Shown piece by piece: positions 30,081 to 40,699 of a stretch of DNA of 64,000 nt (position 1 is the first letter of the stretch; every line of letters begins with the position of its first letter). The notes under the pieces are model-generated. The model was given only the letters and a program-made list of their open reading frames with translations, searched no databases and was not told the DNA's origin. The position numbers were made by a program, and so were the translations under genes. This DNA is from an uncultured Nitrospiraceae bacterium. GTDB taxonomy: Bacteria > Nitrospirota > Thermodesulfovibrionia > Thermodesulfovibrionales > Dissulfurispiraceae. The stretch covers positions 96,001-160,000 of the forward strand of contig CAVSHF010000003.1 in assembly GCA_963727805.1 (NCBI GenBank), given 5' to 3'.

Positions 30081-31547
30081 CTAATCAGTGGTCGACCGAT
30101 GGTCTGAAGGCATGGATTCCCAACCGCCGCCCAGTGTCTTGTAGAGTGTGATTAGATCAATTGTGACATTGCGCTCACTTTGAACTAACGCGTCTTCAGA
30201 GGCGTAAAGCGAACGCTGAGCATTGAGAACATTTAAAAAATCAATCTGCCCCTCGGTGTAAAGCTGTAAGGATAAGTCCACAGCCTTTCGGTTGGCAATC
30301 ACAGCATCATTGAGCGCCTTGCGGTGCTCCTGCTCATTCTTAAATGCAATCAAAGCATTCTCGACATCCTGAAATGCTGCTAGGACTGTCTTCTGGTACG
30401 TGATAAATGCCTGGTCACGTATCGCCTCCTGCAAACGCACGTTAGATATAACAGCCCCGCCCTGAAGAAGCAGCCAATTTACCGACGGACCGAAAGAGAA
30501 CGAGCGGCCGGCATCGGACCACCAGGTGCGAAGCAGATTACTATGCCAGTCAACCGTGCCAGTCAGCGAAAAAGACGGAAAAAGCTGTGCTACGGCTACA
30601 CCAATCTGTGCAGTAGCGGCGTGGAGCTGCGCCTCGGACTCGCGGATGTCAGGCCGACGGCGCAACAGTTCCGACGGCAAACCGACAGGGATTTTAGCAG
30701 GCACCATGGGAAGGCTGGCTGCAGGTGATAATTTCTCGAGCAAAGCCGCAGGCGGCTGTGCCAACAGCACACTCAGAGCATAAATAGATTGCTGTGCAGC
30801 CGTTTCAAAGACCGGTATCTGAGATTCTGTCATAGCAACATCAGAGTCTGCGTTGGCAGTATCGAGTGCGCTAGCGAAACCAACGTCCAGCCGTTTATGT
30901 GTAATGTCGGCAGTATGTCGTTGGGATTTAAGATTGTTTTGCGCGATCACAATCTCCTGCTGATAACCGCGGAGCTGGACGTAATTAAGCGCCACTTCAG
31001 CAATGAGGCTGATCTGGACGTCCCGTATGTTCTCGATTGCCGCCTGAACATTGGCTTGGGCCGATTCGACACTGCGACGTATGCCGCCGAACAGGTCAAG
31101 TTCCCACACAGCATCCAACCCGGCCTGATAAAGATCTTGTTGTAGATTATCGGGCACAGTCCCTGCTGCATGCATTCGCTGGTAACTGCCTGATGCTGCA
31201 ACAGACGGCCACAGGCCCCCAATAGTTATGCCACGCGTGGCACGAGCCTGGCGCAAGCGTACCACAGCAATCTGCAAGTCGAGGTTAGTCTTAACCGCTT
31301 CCTCAACCAGTTCATTCAATATGGGATCGTTGATCTGCCTCCACCACTGAGTAATGTCAGCGGGTTGTGCAGTGGCTACAGACGGTTGAGCTGTGGGAAT
31401 CGTTGACACCCCGGCCCATGCAGAGGGGCCCACAGTTGGCTGCGGGCGGTGGTATTCCGGCCCGACTATGCATCCACCGATCATCACCGCGGCCAAACCG
31501 GCGACAATCAAGATTGCAACAGAATGCCATTGTTTATCCACACTCAT
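30081..31547 (-). CDS. Outer-membrane efflux lipoprotein (NodT/TolC family)
   Basis: Lipobox GGC, WELDLFG, PSELLRRRPDI, LYKTLGGGW. Confidence 0.95.
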   Translation of the reverse strand: MSVDKQWHSVAILIVAGLAAVMIGGCIVGPEYHRPQPTVGPSAWAGVSTIPTAQPSVATAQPADITQWWRQINDPILNELVEEAVKTNLDLQIAVVRLRQARATRGITIGGLWPSVAASGSYQRMHAAGTVPDNLQQDLYQAGLDAVWELDLFGGIRRSVESAQANVQAAIENIRDVQISLIAEVALNYVQLRGYQQEIVIAQNNLKSQRHTADITHKRLDVGFASALDTANADSDVAMTESQIPVFETAAQQSIYALSVLLAQPPAALLEKLSPAASLPMVPAKIPVGLPSELLRRRPDIRESEAQLHAATAQIGVAVAQLFPSFSLTGTVDWHSNLLRTWWSDAGRSFSFGPSVNWLLLQGGAVISNVRLQEAIRDQAFITYQKTVLAAFQDVENALIAFKNEQEHRKALNDAVIANRKAVDLSLQLYTEGQIDFLNVLNAQRSLYASEDALVQSERNVTIDLITLYKTLGGGWESMPSDHRSTTD

Positions 31548-31556
31548 CCTTGCGCC

Positions 31557-32930
31557 TCACTCATACCTAAGAGCATCGATAGGATCAAGCCGAGAAGCTT
31601 TCCATGCCGGATAGAAACCAAATATGACCCCTACGCTGGCCGACACGACTACTGAAACCACGATAGCACCAACCGAAGCTGCTGTCGGCCAATGCAGCAC
31701 CGACGTTACGATATACGAAGCGCTGCGTCCCAGTATTATACCCATAGTGCCACCTATGAGACACAGAACTACAGCCTCTGTTAAAAACTGCCGCAGAATG
31801 TCGGACGGCGCCGCACCAACAGCCATGCGCAAGCCAATCTCGCGTGTTCGTTCAGTGACTGAAACGAGCATGATGTTCATGATGCCGATACCGCCCACAA
31901 CGAGAGATATCATTGCAACGCATAATAGAAGTTTGGTTATCAACTCCGTCGTCGAACTCATCGCCTTGGTAATCTCAGTCATGTCGCGTATGTTGAAATC
32001 ATCCGAATCCGACAGCAGAAGGTGATGCCGTTCGCGAAGCAGCAAAGTCATCTGCTGCATAGCAGAAGGAATCTGGCTGGCAGACCGGGCGGCAGTCAGT
32101 ATCTGGTCCACGTTGGTAAACCGGATAGGCTGTGGCGTGTCAGCTTGCTCTGTAGAAGAGGCAACCGGGTAGAGGTTCTGTTGGAGATTGGGATATATCT
32201 GATTGAGCGTATTGACCTCGTTGCTGTTCGCAGTATTCGTATTGCTCTGATTGGCAGCGGAAAGCGACGATGCCACCACGCGGTATTTAATTGTTGTCCA
32301 AGGCGCTAATAGAATATCGTCCTGATCCATACCCATCATGTTCGCACCCTTTGCACGCAATACACCAACGACCTTGAACGCCACATTCCGAATCCGGATT
32401 TCTTTTCCTATGGGGGATTCTTCTCCGAACAACTGTCTTACGATTGTCCGACCGATTATGCAAACTTTATTTACATTGCGGACATCGTGCTCGGTGAACG
32501 CTTCACCATTTTCCAGATCAGTCCAGTCCCGAATGTCAAGGAATGCAGGTGTAGTGCCATACAGATAAGTCGGGACATAGTTGCGGTTGCCGAATACCAA
32601 CTGTGTCCGGGCACGCACTATAGGTGCCACACTGCGGACAGCGGGGCACTCTTCGACAATCGCATCCGCATCTTGCGGAGTCAAAGTCATTAGGCTGCCA
32701 AATCCGAAATTGATGCCGCCGGTATTGGCGGCCCCTGGAATGACCACAAGCGTGTTGGCTCCCATGCTGGCCATGGTACGTTGAATAGCGATGGACGCGC
32801 CGTTGCCTATCTCCGTCATCGTGATGACCGCCGCGACACCTATGACTATGCCAAGCGTAGTAAGCATTGTCCGCATGACATTGCGTCTAAGGGCATTGAG
32901 GGACGTTTTGAGGATGCCATACCAATTCAT
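31557..32930 (-). CDS. MacB-like ABC permease
   Basis: LTTLGIVIGVAAVI, VGGIGIMNIMLVSVTERTREIGLRMAVGA, PIDALRYE. Confidence 0.95.
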   Translation of the reverse strand: MNWYGILKTSLNALRRNVMRTMLTTLGIVIGVAAVITMTEIGNGASIAIQRTMASMGANTLVVIPGAANTGGINFGFGSLMTLTPQDADAIVEECPAVRSVAPIVRARTQLVFGNRNYVPTYLYGTTPAFLDIRDWTDLENGEAFTEHDVRNVNKVCIIGRTIVRQLFGEESPIGKEIRIRNVAFKVVGVLRAKGANMMGMDQDDILLAPWTTIKYRVVASSLSAANQSNTNTANSNEVNTLNQIYPNLQQNLYPVASSTEQADTPQPIRFTNVDQILTAARSASQIPSAMQQMTLLLRERHHLLLSDSDDFNIRDMTEITKAMSSTTELITKLLLCVAMISLVVGGIGIMNIMLVSVTERTREIGLRMAVGAAPSDILRQFLTEAVVLCLIGGTMGIILGRSASYIVTSVLHWPTAASVGAIVVSVVVSASVGVIFGFYPAWKASRLDPIDALRYE

Positions 32931-32947
32931 ACGTTATCCCCAGGTTC

Positions 32948-33637
32948 TCATATACCGAGACTTTGTCCTATCAGTCCGTCCTTGATGTGAACGGTCCGCC
33001 TTGCATGTTGCGCGACGCCCGGATCGTGGGTGACAATGAGGATAGTAATGTCATCGGAGCTGTTAAGCCGTTGCAACATCTGCAAGAGTTCCTCGTTCGT
33101 GCGTGAATCAAGGTTACCAGTGGGCTCATCGGCAAGGAGGACCTGCGGATGGTTGATCAGCGCCCGTGCGATAGCCACCCGTTGCTGCTGGCCGCCTGAT
33201 AGCTGAGACGGTAGGTGATGAAGGCGATCAGCCAAACCCACTTTTTCAAGCAACTCGGCAGCGCGCTGCTTCTTTTGATTCTCAGTGAGGTTCTCCCTTG
33301 CATAGATCAAGGGCATCATGACGTTCTCCAACGCCGTTGTGCGGGGCAGCAGATTGAAAGTTTGGAAGACGAAGCCGATCATGCGGTTTCGTAGCCTTGC
33401 CCGTTCACTCGCATTAAGCTTTGAAATCTCCCTGCCATCTAGCCAGTACACGCCTCCACTTGGGCGGTCCAAGCAGCCGATTATATTCATCAGTGTACTT
33501 TTGCCGGAGCCGCTTGAGCCCATCAATGCCACAAATTCGCCGCGTGATACGTTCAACGACACTCCCATAAGCACTGGCAGGTCGACTTCGCCTAGACGGT
33601 AAGTCTTGCGAATATCGCGCAATTCGATCAGATCCAT
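32948..33637 (-). CDS. MacB/LolD-like ABC ATP-binding subunit
   Basis: GSSGSGKST, LSGGQQQR, LADEPTGNLD. Confidence 0.95.
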   Translation of the reverse strand: MDLIELRDIRKTYRLGEVDLPVLMGVSLNVSRGEFVALMGSSGSGKSTLMNIIGCLDRPSGGVYWLDGREISKLNASERARLRNRMIGFVFQTFNLLPRTTALENVMMPLIYARENLTENQKKQRAAELLEKVGLADRLHHLPSQLSGGQQQRVAIARALINHPQVLLADEPTGNLDSRTNEELLQMLQRLNSSDDITILIVTHDPGVAQHARRTVHIKDGLIGQSLGI

Positions 33638-33644
33638 AACGTTC

Positions 33645-34991
33645 TCAGCGCTTTCCCCGACCCATTTGAGGTGTGAATGGATTCCGTTCCGCTCCGGGAC
33701 CAACCTTGCTTTCAGCCGTCGCTTCTCCGACAACTACCTGTAGTCCTTCGGCCAAATCCCTGTCTTCGACCTCGGTTACTGTGCCGTCAGTCATCCCAAC
33801 GATAACATGAATAGGCTTTACAAATTTGCCTTGCTCTACCCAAATAGTCCCTCTGATATGCGTCGCGCTGTCATCGCCATGCACTCTTTCCCTCTCTGAC
33901 CCCGATGGCCCGGCATGAGTGCGGTCTTTGTGCTTGGCTTCCGGTGAGATCTGGCTTGGTAGAGGGGACCAGCGCAACGCTGCATTTGGAACTAGCAGTA
34001 CGCCGTCCCTGCGGCCGATCTTGAACTTTGCATTGGCGGTCAGGTAGGGCAACAATTTACCATCCTCGTTTTTTGTGTTAACCTCAACAGTATACGTAAC
34101 AACATTCTGCGTCATAGTAGCGTTAAGTCTGATCTTGCCGACCTGTCCATGGAATACCCGGTTAGGCAACGCGTCCACAGTAAAAGTCACAGGCTGCTCT
34201 ATCGAAATGAAGCCGATATCGGCTTCATTAACCGAAAGCCAAACCTGAATGTGCTTTAAGTCTTTCGCAATAAGAAACAGGCTCGTGGCAGACATACTCG
34301 ATACAACAGTCTGGCCAATATTTACTCGCCGGTCAATAATCACACCTCTGACCGGCGACTTGATGGTACAGTAACCCAGGTTCACCTGCGCACTGTCGAG
34401 GCCTGCCTTCGCTTGCTCCACTGATGCCTTCGTTTGCTCTACTGATGCCTCAGCGGCTGCCAGATTGGCCTTGCCGACCTCATAATTGGCCTGATATTGG
34501 TCATAAGCGCTTTTCGCCAGCGCTTCGGATGGTCCGAGTCTCTGAGCCCTGTCCCAGTCTTGCTGTGCCTGGAGTAATTTCGCCTTCATCTGTAGAACAT
34601 TCGCATCTGCGCTGATCTTGTTGGCCTTTGCCTGCTGCAACTGAGCTCTGGCAGCTTTTACAGTAGCCGCATAAAGCGAGTCATCGATTTTCGCCAAGAC
34701 TGTGCCGGCTTCAACAGGTGAACCGTAATCGATCATCTTCTCATATTTGTCTTTACCAAAGGTGCTAATAATGCCAGAAATCTGTGCGCCTACATCCACC
34801 ACTTCCTCCGGTTCAACTGTCCCCGTTGCGCTGATAGTGGCCTCAAGGTTCCCCCGTTTAACCGCTACCGTGCTAAAATTCGGCGATTTGTCACCTTTGG
34901 TGCTAAACCACCACGCACCCGCACTGATCATGGATAGTACTATAGCTATAAGAATTACGGTTCGAATTGTTAGTCGCATGCGCATATGCAT
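33645..34991 (-). CDS. MacA-like periplasmic adaptor (MFP)
   Basis: ATGTVEP..VDVGAQISG, IKSPVRGVII, NIGQTV. Includes a 21-bp tandem duplication (ASVEQTK/ASVEQAK). Confidence 0.93.
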   Translation of the reverse strand: MHMRMRLTIRTVILIAIVLSMISAGAWWFSTKGDKSPNFSTVAVKRGNLEATISATGTVEPEEVVDVGAQISGIISTFGKDKYEKMIDYGSPVEAGTVLAKIDDSLYAATVKAARAQLQQAKANKISADANVLQMKAKLLQAQQDWDRAQRLGPSEALAKSAYDQYQANYEVGKANLAAAEASVEQTKASVEQAKAGLDSAQVNLGYCTIKSPVRGVIIDRRVNIGQTVVSSMSATSLFLIAKDLKHIQVWLSVNEADIGFISIEQPVTFTVDALPNRVFHGQVGKIRLNATMTQNVVTYTVEVNTKNEDGKLLPYLTANAKFKIGRRDGVLLVPNAALRWSPLPSQISPEAKHKDRTHAGPSGSERERVHGDDSATHIRGTIWVEQGKFVKPIHVIVGMTDGTVTEVEDRDLAEGLQVVVGEATAESKVGPGAERNPFTPQMGRGKR

Positions 34992-35463
34992 AGTAACAAG
35001 ACGTCAGAGAAAGGATAAAGGTTACAACCGGCGAGAAAAACATGTTTTAAGAAAGTACACAAGGTTGTCACAGGTGAACGTTGTTTGAGTTGAGACTAGA
35101 TTGATGATGAAAAAGAATATGCTGATCTATTGCGTTTGCGGCGGCCAGTTGGCAGGATGACATGTTCTTACTTCTACCTTGGCATGATTCTGTTTGCTAT
35201 TGTAATATATCTTGGAATTAAGGGAATAGGAAGGTCTATGTGAAAAGAGGCAAGCCGTAAGATACGTTATTTTCAAGAGGAAGACAATCGGTTACTGCCG
35301 GTGCGAGGTATCGCGCCGAATCAACGACACTAATAACGGCATGAAATTACAAAAATCAAAGCCGCGATAAAAAACGATTCTGAACGACTGATTCGAGAAA
35401 CTACGCCGGTGATTGCCAGTTAACACAAAGCGTCCTTCCAGTATTGGGCGCACTCTTGATTTT

Positions 35464-35494
35464 AAGGAGTAGTAAATTCTACTACTCCTTTTTT
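35464..35494 (+). terminator. Intrinsic terminator
   Basis: AAGGAGTAGTA-AATTC-TACTACTCCTT followed by a T tract. Confidence 0.65.
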
Positions 35495-35562
35495 GGAGCA
35501 TAACTAGATATTCTGATATTCTCCAATGACTGGTTAATAAGATGAAGGGCTGAAAGGAGAGG

Positions 35563-36003
35563 ATGATGACTAAGAGTGAACAAGCGGTTTCGCTATTTAT
35601 GGAAGGCTATAACTGTGCGCAGTCAGTTCTGTTCTCTTTTTGTGATGATTTGAAGATAGACAAGGACAAAGCTTTAAAAATAGCGTGCGGATTTGGAGCA
35701 GGCATGGGTAGGAAAGAGGAAGTTTGTGGTGCCGTGACTGGTGGGATAATTGTAATTGGAGCTAAATATGGCAGGGGAGAGAATGATGATCGATCTAGCA
35801 CAGAAAGGACCTATGCAAAAACAAGAGAACTCATGGACCAATTTGCTGAGAGACATGGCACCTTCATTTGCCGTAAATTGTTGAACGGTTGTGAGTTAAC
35901 GACAGAAGAAGGTTATAAACAGTTTAAAGATAACGACCTCATTAACAAGACATGTAAACTATGCGTTCAAAGCGTGGTTGAGATTCTTGAAGGTATTATG
36001 TAA
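35563..36003 (+). CDS. C_GCAxxG_C_C family redox protein
   Basis: YNCAQSV, GFGAGMG..VCGAVTGG, ICRKL, C-terminal CxxC. Confidence 0.92.
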   Translation: MMTKSEQAVSLFMEGYNCAQSVLFSFCDDLKIDKDKALKIACGFGAGMGRKEEVCGAVTGGIIVIGAKYGRGENDDRSSTERTYAKTRELMDQFAERHGTFICRKLLNGCELTTEEGYKQFKDNDLINKTCKLCVQSVVEILEGIM

Positions 36004-36385
36004 TAGGGATCATTAAAAAAAATGCACGAAACGGCTTTTATCTTACAACTACATATTATTGGAGATGGCCGTTCTGAATATGATGCAGTGTACAAACAGA
36101 ATTCCTCAGGTGGCTGCTCTCAAGTCTACCAAGTAATCGTTCGTGGACTCAGTATCGCAAATTTGATAATTGCCAATTGAACTATTATAAACGCATTGAG
36201 TCTTTTTCAACACAAGGGAATAAAAAAAGTATTAATATATTCTTTGTTAGAAAAATTGGGTCGCAAGTTATATGCCGACCCGATTTTGATTTATTGAGCA
36301 ATTGCCCTGAATGCCATTCTAGAGCCTTGAATTTCAAGAGGGATGTCAGATTATTCTCTGCACCCTTAGGACTTCAGTGCCCTGA

Positions 36386-36985
36386 CTACTGTACCTTGTA
36401 CTCCTTCAAGATCACGCCATTGCCCTTGATGATAGTTTTTGCTGCTGGAGCGTACCAATAGGTTTTGTTTGCATATGTACTAGCCGTAACCCCTTTCGCA
36501 TTAGTTCCACGTGTGCATTCAACTTTATAAGCCCAGAAAGTTCCTGCCGGCACCGTGATTTGTTCGTAGGCTTCCACATGGTACTTCGCCGTCATCGGCC
36601 AGGACTTAGCATATAGTATGCCTTCATAGTCGTAACTCCAAGACTTGCCAACCTTTAAAGGGAATTGCAAGATAGGGCCGGGGAATCCTTTCGACTTGCC
36701 CGTAATAAGGGTAAGAAACTTATCCTTCTTAAAGGGAGTCGATCCGTTCTTGAGAAAATTATAGACATCTCCCTCCTGCGAAACGAAGGTTATGCGGAAG
36801 TCTGCTGCTGCTTCAGCATTGTCATCCTGGGCCTGCTCACCTTGATCTTTCATGAAGACCCAGTAGTCGCCAGCCGCGTATTTCGGCTGATCAGCTATTG
36901 GAGCTGGAGAGTCAGCTGCTTTCAAGGTGTTCCATGGGGAAAAAACTGTCAGAATGAGGGTGAAAAGAACGATGACTTTCTTCAT
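36386..36985 (-). CDS. Secreted hypothetical protein
   Basis: Signal peptide; FPLKVGKSW, EQITVPAGTF, YWYAP. Confidence 0.8.
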   Translation of the reverse strand: MKKVIVLFTLILTVFSPWNTLKAADSPAPIADQPKYAAGDYWVFMKDQGEQAQDDNAEAAADFRITFVSQEGDVYNFLKNGSTPFKKDKFLTLITGKSKGFPGPILQFPLKVGKSWSYDYEGILYAKSWPMTAKYHVEAYEQITVPAGTFWAYKVECTRGTNAKGVTASTYANKTYWYAPAAKTIIKGNGVILKEYKVQ

Positions 36986-37299
36986 TTTAAACTCCTTGCT
37001 GTTTGATTCTGACCTAATAATCCCAGAATACTCATTCTGGATTAATTACTTCGGTTTAGTGGTCACCCAAAATGTACAAACACGATTGCTCAAATGCTAC
37101 CATAACGATATCATTATTACAACTTTTTATGTTACCAAAGCCATGCCAGAATGCCCCGCGCCTTGGCGCGTGGGATGAATGGCATCCTTGCCGGAGGGTT
37201 ATAAGGGGGACTGGAAGTTCCCCTTATCCTCTGAGGTTCTGGCGTAGTCCAGAACCTACACAGCGGTCTTCCGCTGTGTTATAGATGCCCCGTGGCTAG

Positions 37300-38982
37300 C
37301 AGGCTGTCCGACAATTATCGAAATTAGAGACAAATGACGGATGCCTCGCCATCCTGAAAACATAACGGGGCTATCTGCTTTATACATAGTATCTCCAGCA
37401 AAAGCTTCCTTGGCGTATGGCAGTAGTTGCCCTCTTTCGGAGGCTTTCCTCTTCCCTTCAGGCATTCCCATATCTTTTTCAGATTTACTGCCGTACAGGC
37501 AAGGTTAAATTCCGACCTTACCGAATTAATTCCTCTCGTCAGAAATGTTCGCAATCCTTTGTTCTCCTTGATATCGCCGATCACAGGTTCAACAATCTGT
37601 TGTCTAAGCTTATATATATATCTTGCTGCAGGCGTTTTCATTTTTTCAGTCATCGCATTGCAGTGAACTTCGTGAGGGAACACCTTCAGAGAGCGTATGC
37701 CGTCCTTCTGTTTGGTACACAGTCGCTGATGCTCACATCCCAAGCATCTCTGACCACGATAGACTCTCACCATCTTGTCCCTCTGTCTGTCAAAATGTTC
37801 GCCCAAGAATGTTAGCGGGTGATCAGCAGGACAAATATACTCATCCCTTTGTTTATTGTATGTAAAGTTCTTCTTGTCGTATGGGTTGTTTGCCCGCGTC
37901 CCACTATTGTCAGGCATGTATGCATCTATCTTCCTGTCCGATAGAAATGCAATGTTCTCACCGCTAAAATATCCAGAATCAAAACTCCAAATAATACTAT
38001 CAGCAATTCCGCCAAGATTCTCTGTGGTTTGTATAACCTGAGGTTGCAACTGGCTGACATCTGCAGCATTCTGCCCCACGTCACTAGCCAAAATGAACCC
38101 ACCCTTATCCACTGTCACCTGAGGATTATAAGAAAGCTCTATCCTGCCTTTCTTATTTTTCATAAAACGACTATCAGGATCTGTCGTGCTTACCTGCTTT
38201 AGCCCTTCCTCATTAACTTTGTCTTGAGCTCCTTGAAGACCTTCTCTGAGTCGACCTATAAAAACATGCCCTTCTTCTTTAGCCCTCTTAACATAGTACT
38301 GTGCAGCTTTCTGAACAAGTTTTTTGCCCTGCCGGGACAGTTGGTCGCTACCCCGTAGTTCACCGAACTGCCGATCCTCACTCTCATCAATCTCTGCCCA
38401 CTCCTGAAGCTCACCATCGACAAAGCTTCTCAGAACCGCCAACTCCTCTTTTGTTAATACTCGCCTGTTTGATGCATTTGCCTTCACTTTGGTTCCATCT
38501 GTCGACAGATGCGACAAATCCAACAATCCTTCCTCTTTGGCAAAACTAACTGTGTGCTTGAAGACTTCCTTTAGTAGATCAGGGTTGTTCTTTCTGAAAT
38601 CGCTGATAGTCCTGAAGTCAGGAGTCAGCTTCTCCGCCAAATATATATACACCACGTTCTCTCTGGCATTGCGTGCCAGTCGACGAGATGAGCGCACCCT
38701 GTCCAGAACTCCCATGATCAGCAACTTCACCAGCATTTTTGGATGATATGCCGGATGTCCGGCACCTGAATAGCGGATATCGAAGCAACCATAATCCAGG
38801 GAGTCAACCAATCCTTCAATGAGAAAACAAATATGATCTTCGGGTATCATATCTTCTAAACTCGGCGGCAGTAGCCAGGATTGCCCTCCATACGACTCAA
38901 TGTATGCCATCGGGTGTACTCCTTGATATCGTTCTTAAATATATTCTACCACCGGATAACTTGATAATTGTCGGACAGCCTG
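37300..38982 (-). mobile_element. IS1182-family insertion sequence
   Basis: Perfect 20-bp IRs CAGGCTGTCCGACAATTATC; CTAG duplicated at 37296-37299 and 38983-38986. Confidence 0.93.
37324..38910 (-). CDS. IS1182-family transposase
   Basis: LLPPSLEDMIPEDH, GHPAYHP, SSRRLA, PDFRTISDFR, DGTKVKANAS, TDPDSR, DSGY, RQQIVEPV. Confidence 0.95.
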   Translation of the reverse strand: MAYIESYGGQSWLLPPSLEDMIPEDHICFLIEGLVDSLDYGCFDIRYSGAGHPAYHPKMLVKLLIMGVLDRVRSSRRLARNARENVVYIYLAEKLTPDFRTISDFRKNNPDLLKEVFKHTVSFAKEEGLLDLSHLSTDGTKVKANASNRRVLTKEELAVLRSFVDGELQEWAEIDESEDRQFGELRGSDQLSRQGKKLVQKAAQYYVKRAKEEGHVFIGRLREGLQGAQDKVNEEGLKQVSTTDPDSRFMKNKKGRIELSYNPQVTVDKGGFILASDVGQNAADVSQLQPQVIQTTENLGGIADSIIWSFDSGYFSGENIAFLSDRKIDAYMPDNSGTRANNPYDKKNFTYNKQRDEYICPADHPLTFLGEHFDRQRDKMVRVYRGQRCLGCEHQRLCTKQKDGIRSLKVFPHEVHCNAMTEKMKTPAARYIYKLRQQIVEPVIGDIKENKGLRTFLTRGINSVRSEFNLACTAVNLKKIWECLKGRGKPPKEGNYCHTPRKLLLEILCIKQIAPLCFQDGEASVICL

Positions 38983-39246
38983 CTAGCCACGGGGAGTGTC
39001 ACTTGGTCGCCCATCATTTGTAGGTCTACAATGTCGGAGGTGTTATCCTTCGAAGGGTTAACAGTTGCCGTTACAAACGTCGTGCAATAAGCCTTATCTC
39101 TTAAATGCGCATTATAAGTACCAGACATCCTGATTTTGAGTGTTACTTTCGGACACTAACGTCCAGGCTGAGTTGCCCAAGGTGTTGTATCAGCTGCACA
39201 TAGCATTATCAGATTCTCCCTGGAACAGGACTGCTCTTTTCGGTTA

Positions 39247-39642
39247 TCATCCCTTCATAAGATATTCACGCCAGGGCTTCCAATAGTATTTTTTCCATCC
39301 GAGCTTTACATCCTCGTAGTCATGGTCAGCAACGTTAACATGCACAAGTTCTATGCGGCCCTCATTCCCCGCAGGCCAAAAGCTAAGAACCAGTATGGAA
39401 TCAATATCTTCATGCTTCCAGTGAGCTGCACGCCATGATTGTACAATCAGATGTTTCGACACGACATGAAGCATCTTACCCTCAATCATCCCATCAAAAG
39501 CATTAAATGGTGAACCGGGCCTCGAACTTACCATTACTTTACCGCCAGTAAAAGCCTCATGAAGTTTCGAATCAAGGTACATGTCAAAAAGTCTTTCATA
39601 GGAAGCAGGTAGAGTCACAGACTGTTTGATTGTCGATGGCAT
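39247..39642 (-). CDS. SRPBCC/AHSA1-like protein
   Basis: HEAFTG, IVQSWR..W, GWKKYYW. Confidence 0.88.
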   Translation of the reverse strand: MPSTIKQSVTLPASYERLFDMYLDSKLHEAFTGGKVMVSSRPGSPFNAFDGMIEGKMLHVVSKHLIVQSWRAAHWKHEDIDSILVLSFWPAGNEGRIELVHVNVADHDYEDVKLGWKKYYWKPWREYLMKG

Positions 39643-40139
39643 TATTTTTTCTCCAAAATATGTAAGTCCAATTTTAGCTTCTTGGATTTTCGCCCATGGC
39701 GATAAAGTCTTTTCCGGTGCAAATAAAGTCTACAGAATTTCTGGGGAGGTTTCAAGTAAGAAACGATTTCGGATTGATGTAAGAGGTAATCTTTTCAGAG
39801 AGAACTTTCTCTGGTAGCACTCAATTATGTATGCCAGCAACAGACAAGATCTCACAGCAATCATCGCGGGAGAGTATACTGAATACACTGATGGGTAAAA
39901 ATGGAATTACTCATGGGTCGACTCTGGCTTCCACCAAATGTTCACCGCCGCGTGGGACTCTCGCCGACTATTTATTGCCGTTACAAATCGACATTATTCG
40001 GATAGCAGAAGGCGCCGATAGAGAGGGGAATCCTTCCTGTAACGTTCATGCCGGCGATTTGCTATAATCTGCTTAGTACCATCATTAATTTATAAGCCTT
40101 TCAAAGCGACAAAGAGGACATCGCAGATGGAAACAGTGG

Positions 40140-40556
40140 ATGACCGCAAAACGGAGTTTTTTCATGATTAGAGCCTGGGGTATCGGGTTCATGATATTGT
40201 TTATTGCAGATACGATGGTAGCCGTAGCTACTCTAATCAATTTTCATCCACGAGTTTTAATGCTTCTCGTGCGGATATCGCCTCTTGTTGCATCATTTGT
40301 AGCAGCTTATCTTGCCCCGCGCAATAAATTTCTCCTTGGAATGTCATTGGCAATCCCTACGGCCATTTTGGGTCTTGTGGTGACTATTGTATACCAATTA
40401 TTTGGCAAGGCAGTAGACTTCGCTGGCTTTGACGGGGGATTAATCCTTCTTTCAGTGTCACTGGCTTATGGCTTTATACTTTGTTCATTGGGTGGCGTAG
40501 CTGGTTACTTTATGGCTAGCATAATCGCAATAGTGAGAAAGAATAAAGGTGATTAA
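40140..40556 (+). CDS. Four-TM membrane protein
   Basis: Hydrophobic 138-aa ORF. Confidence 0.65.
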   Translation: MTAKRSFFMIRAWGIGFMILFIADTMVAVATLINFHPRVLMLLVRISPLVASFVAAYLAPRNKFLLGMSLAIPTAILGLVVTIVYQLFGKAVDFAGFDGGLILLSVSLAYGFILCSLGGVAGYFMASIIAIVRKNKGD

Positions 40557-40699
40557 AAAGTTTAAATCTCTTGTATACATACGACATTGCAAAAAGGAGC
40601 CCAAAATCAAAACAGCCCATCTGTCTGCTATCGGATAATTATAGAATCGTTAAGATCAGTTACGCTGGGTTAACCCGCCCATTATGATGTTTTACTCTC

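Larger units (their letters stand above)
37136..39002 (+). mobile_element. IS200/IS605-type miniature non-autonomous element (180 bp when empty), interrupted by IS1182
   Basis: TTAC|CAAAG left end with subterminal hairpin. Reconstructed right end GCCCCGTGGCTAGCCACGGGGAGTGTCAC. Confidence 0.75.
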
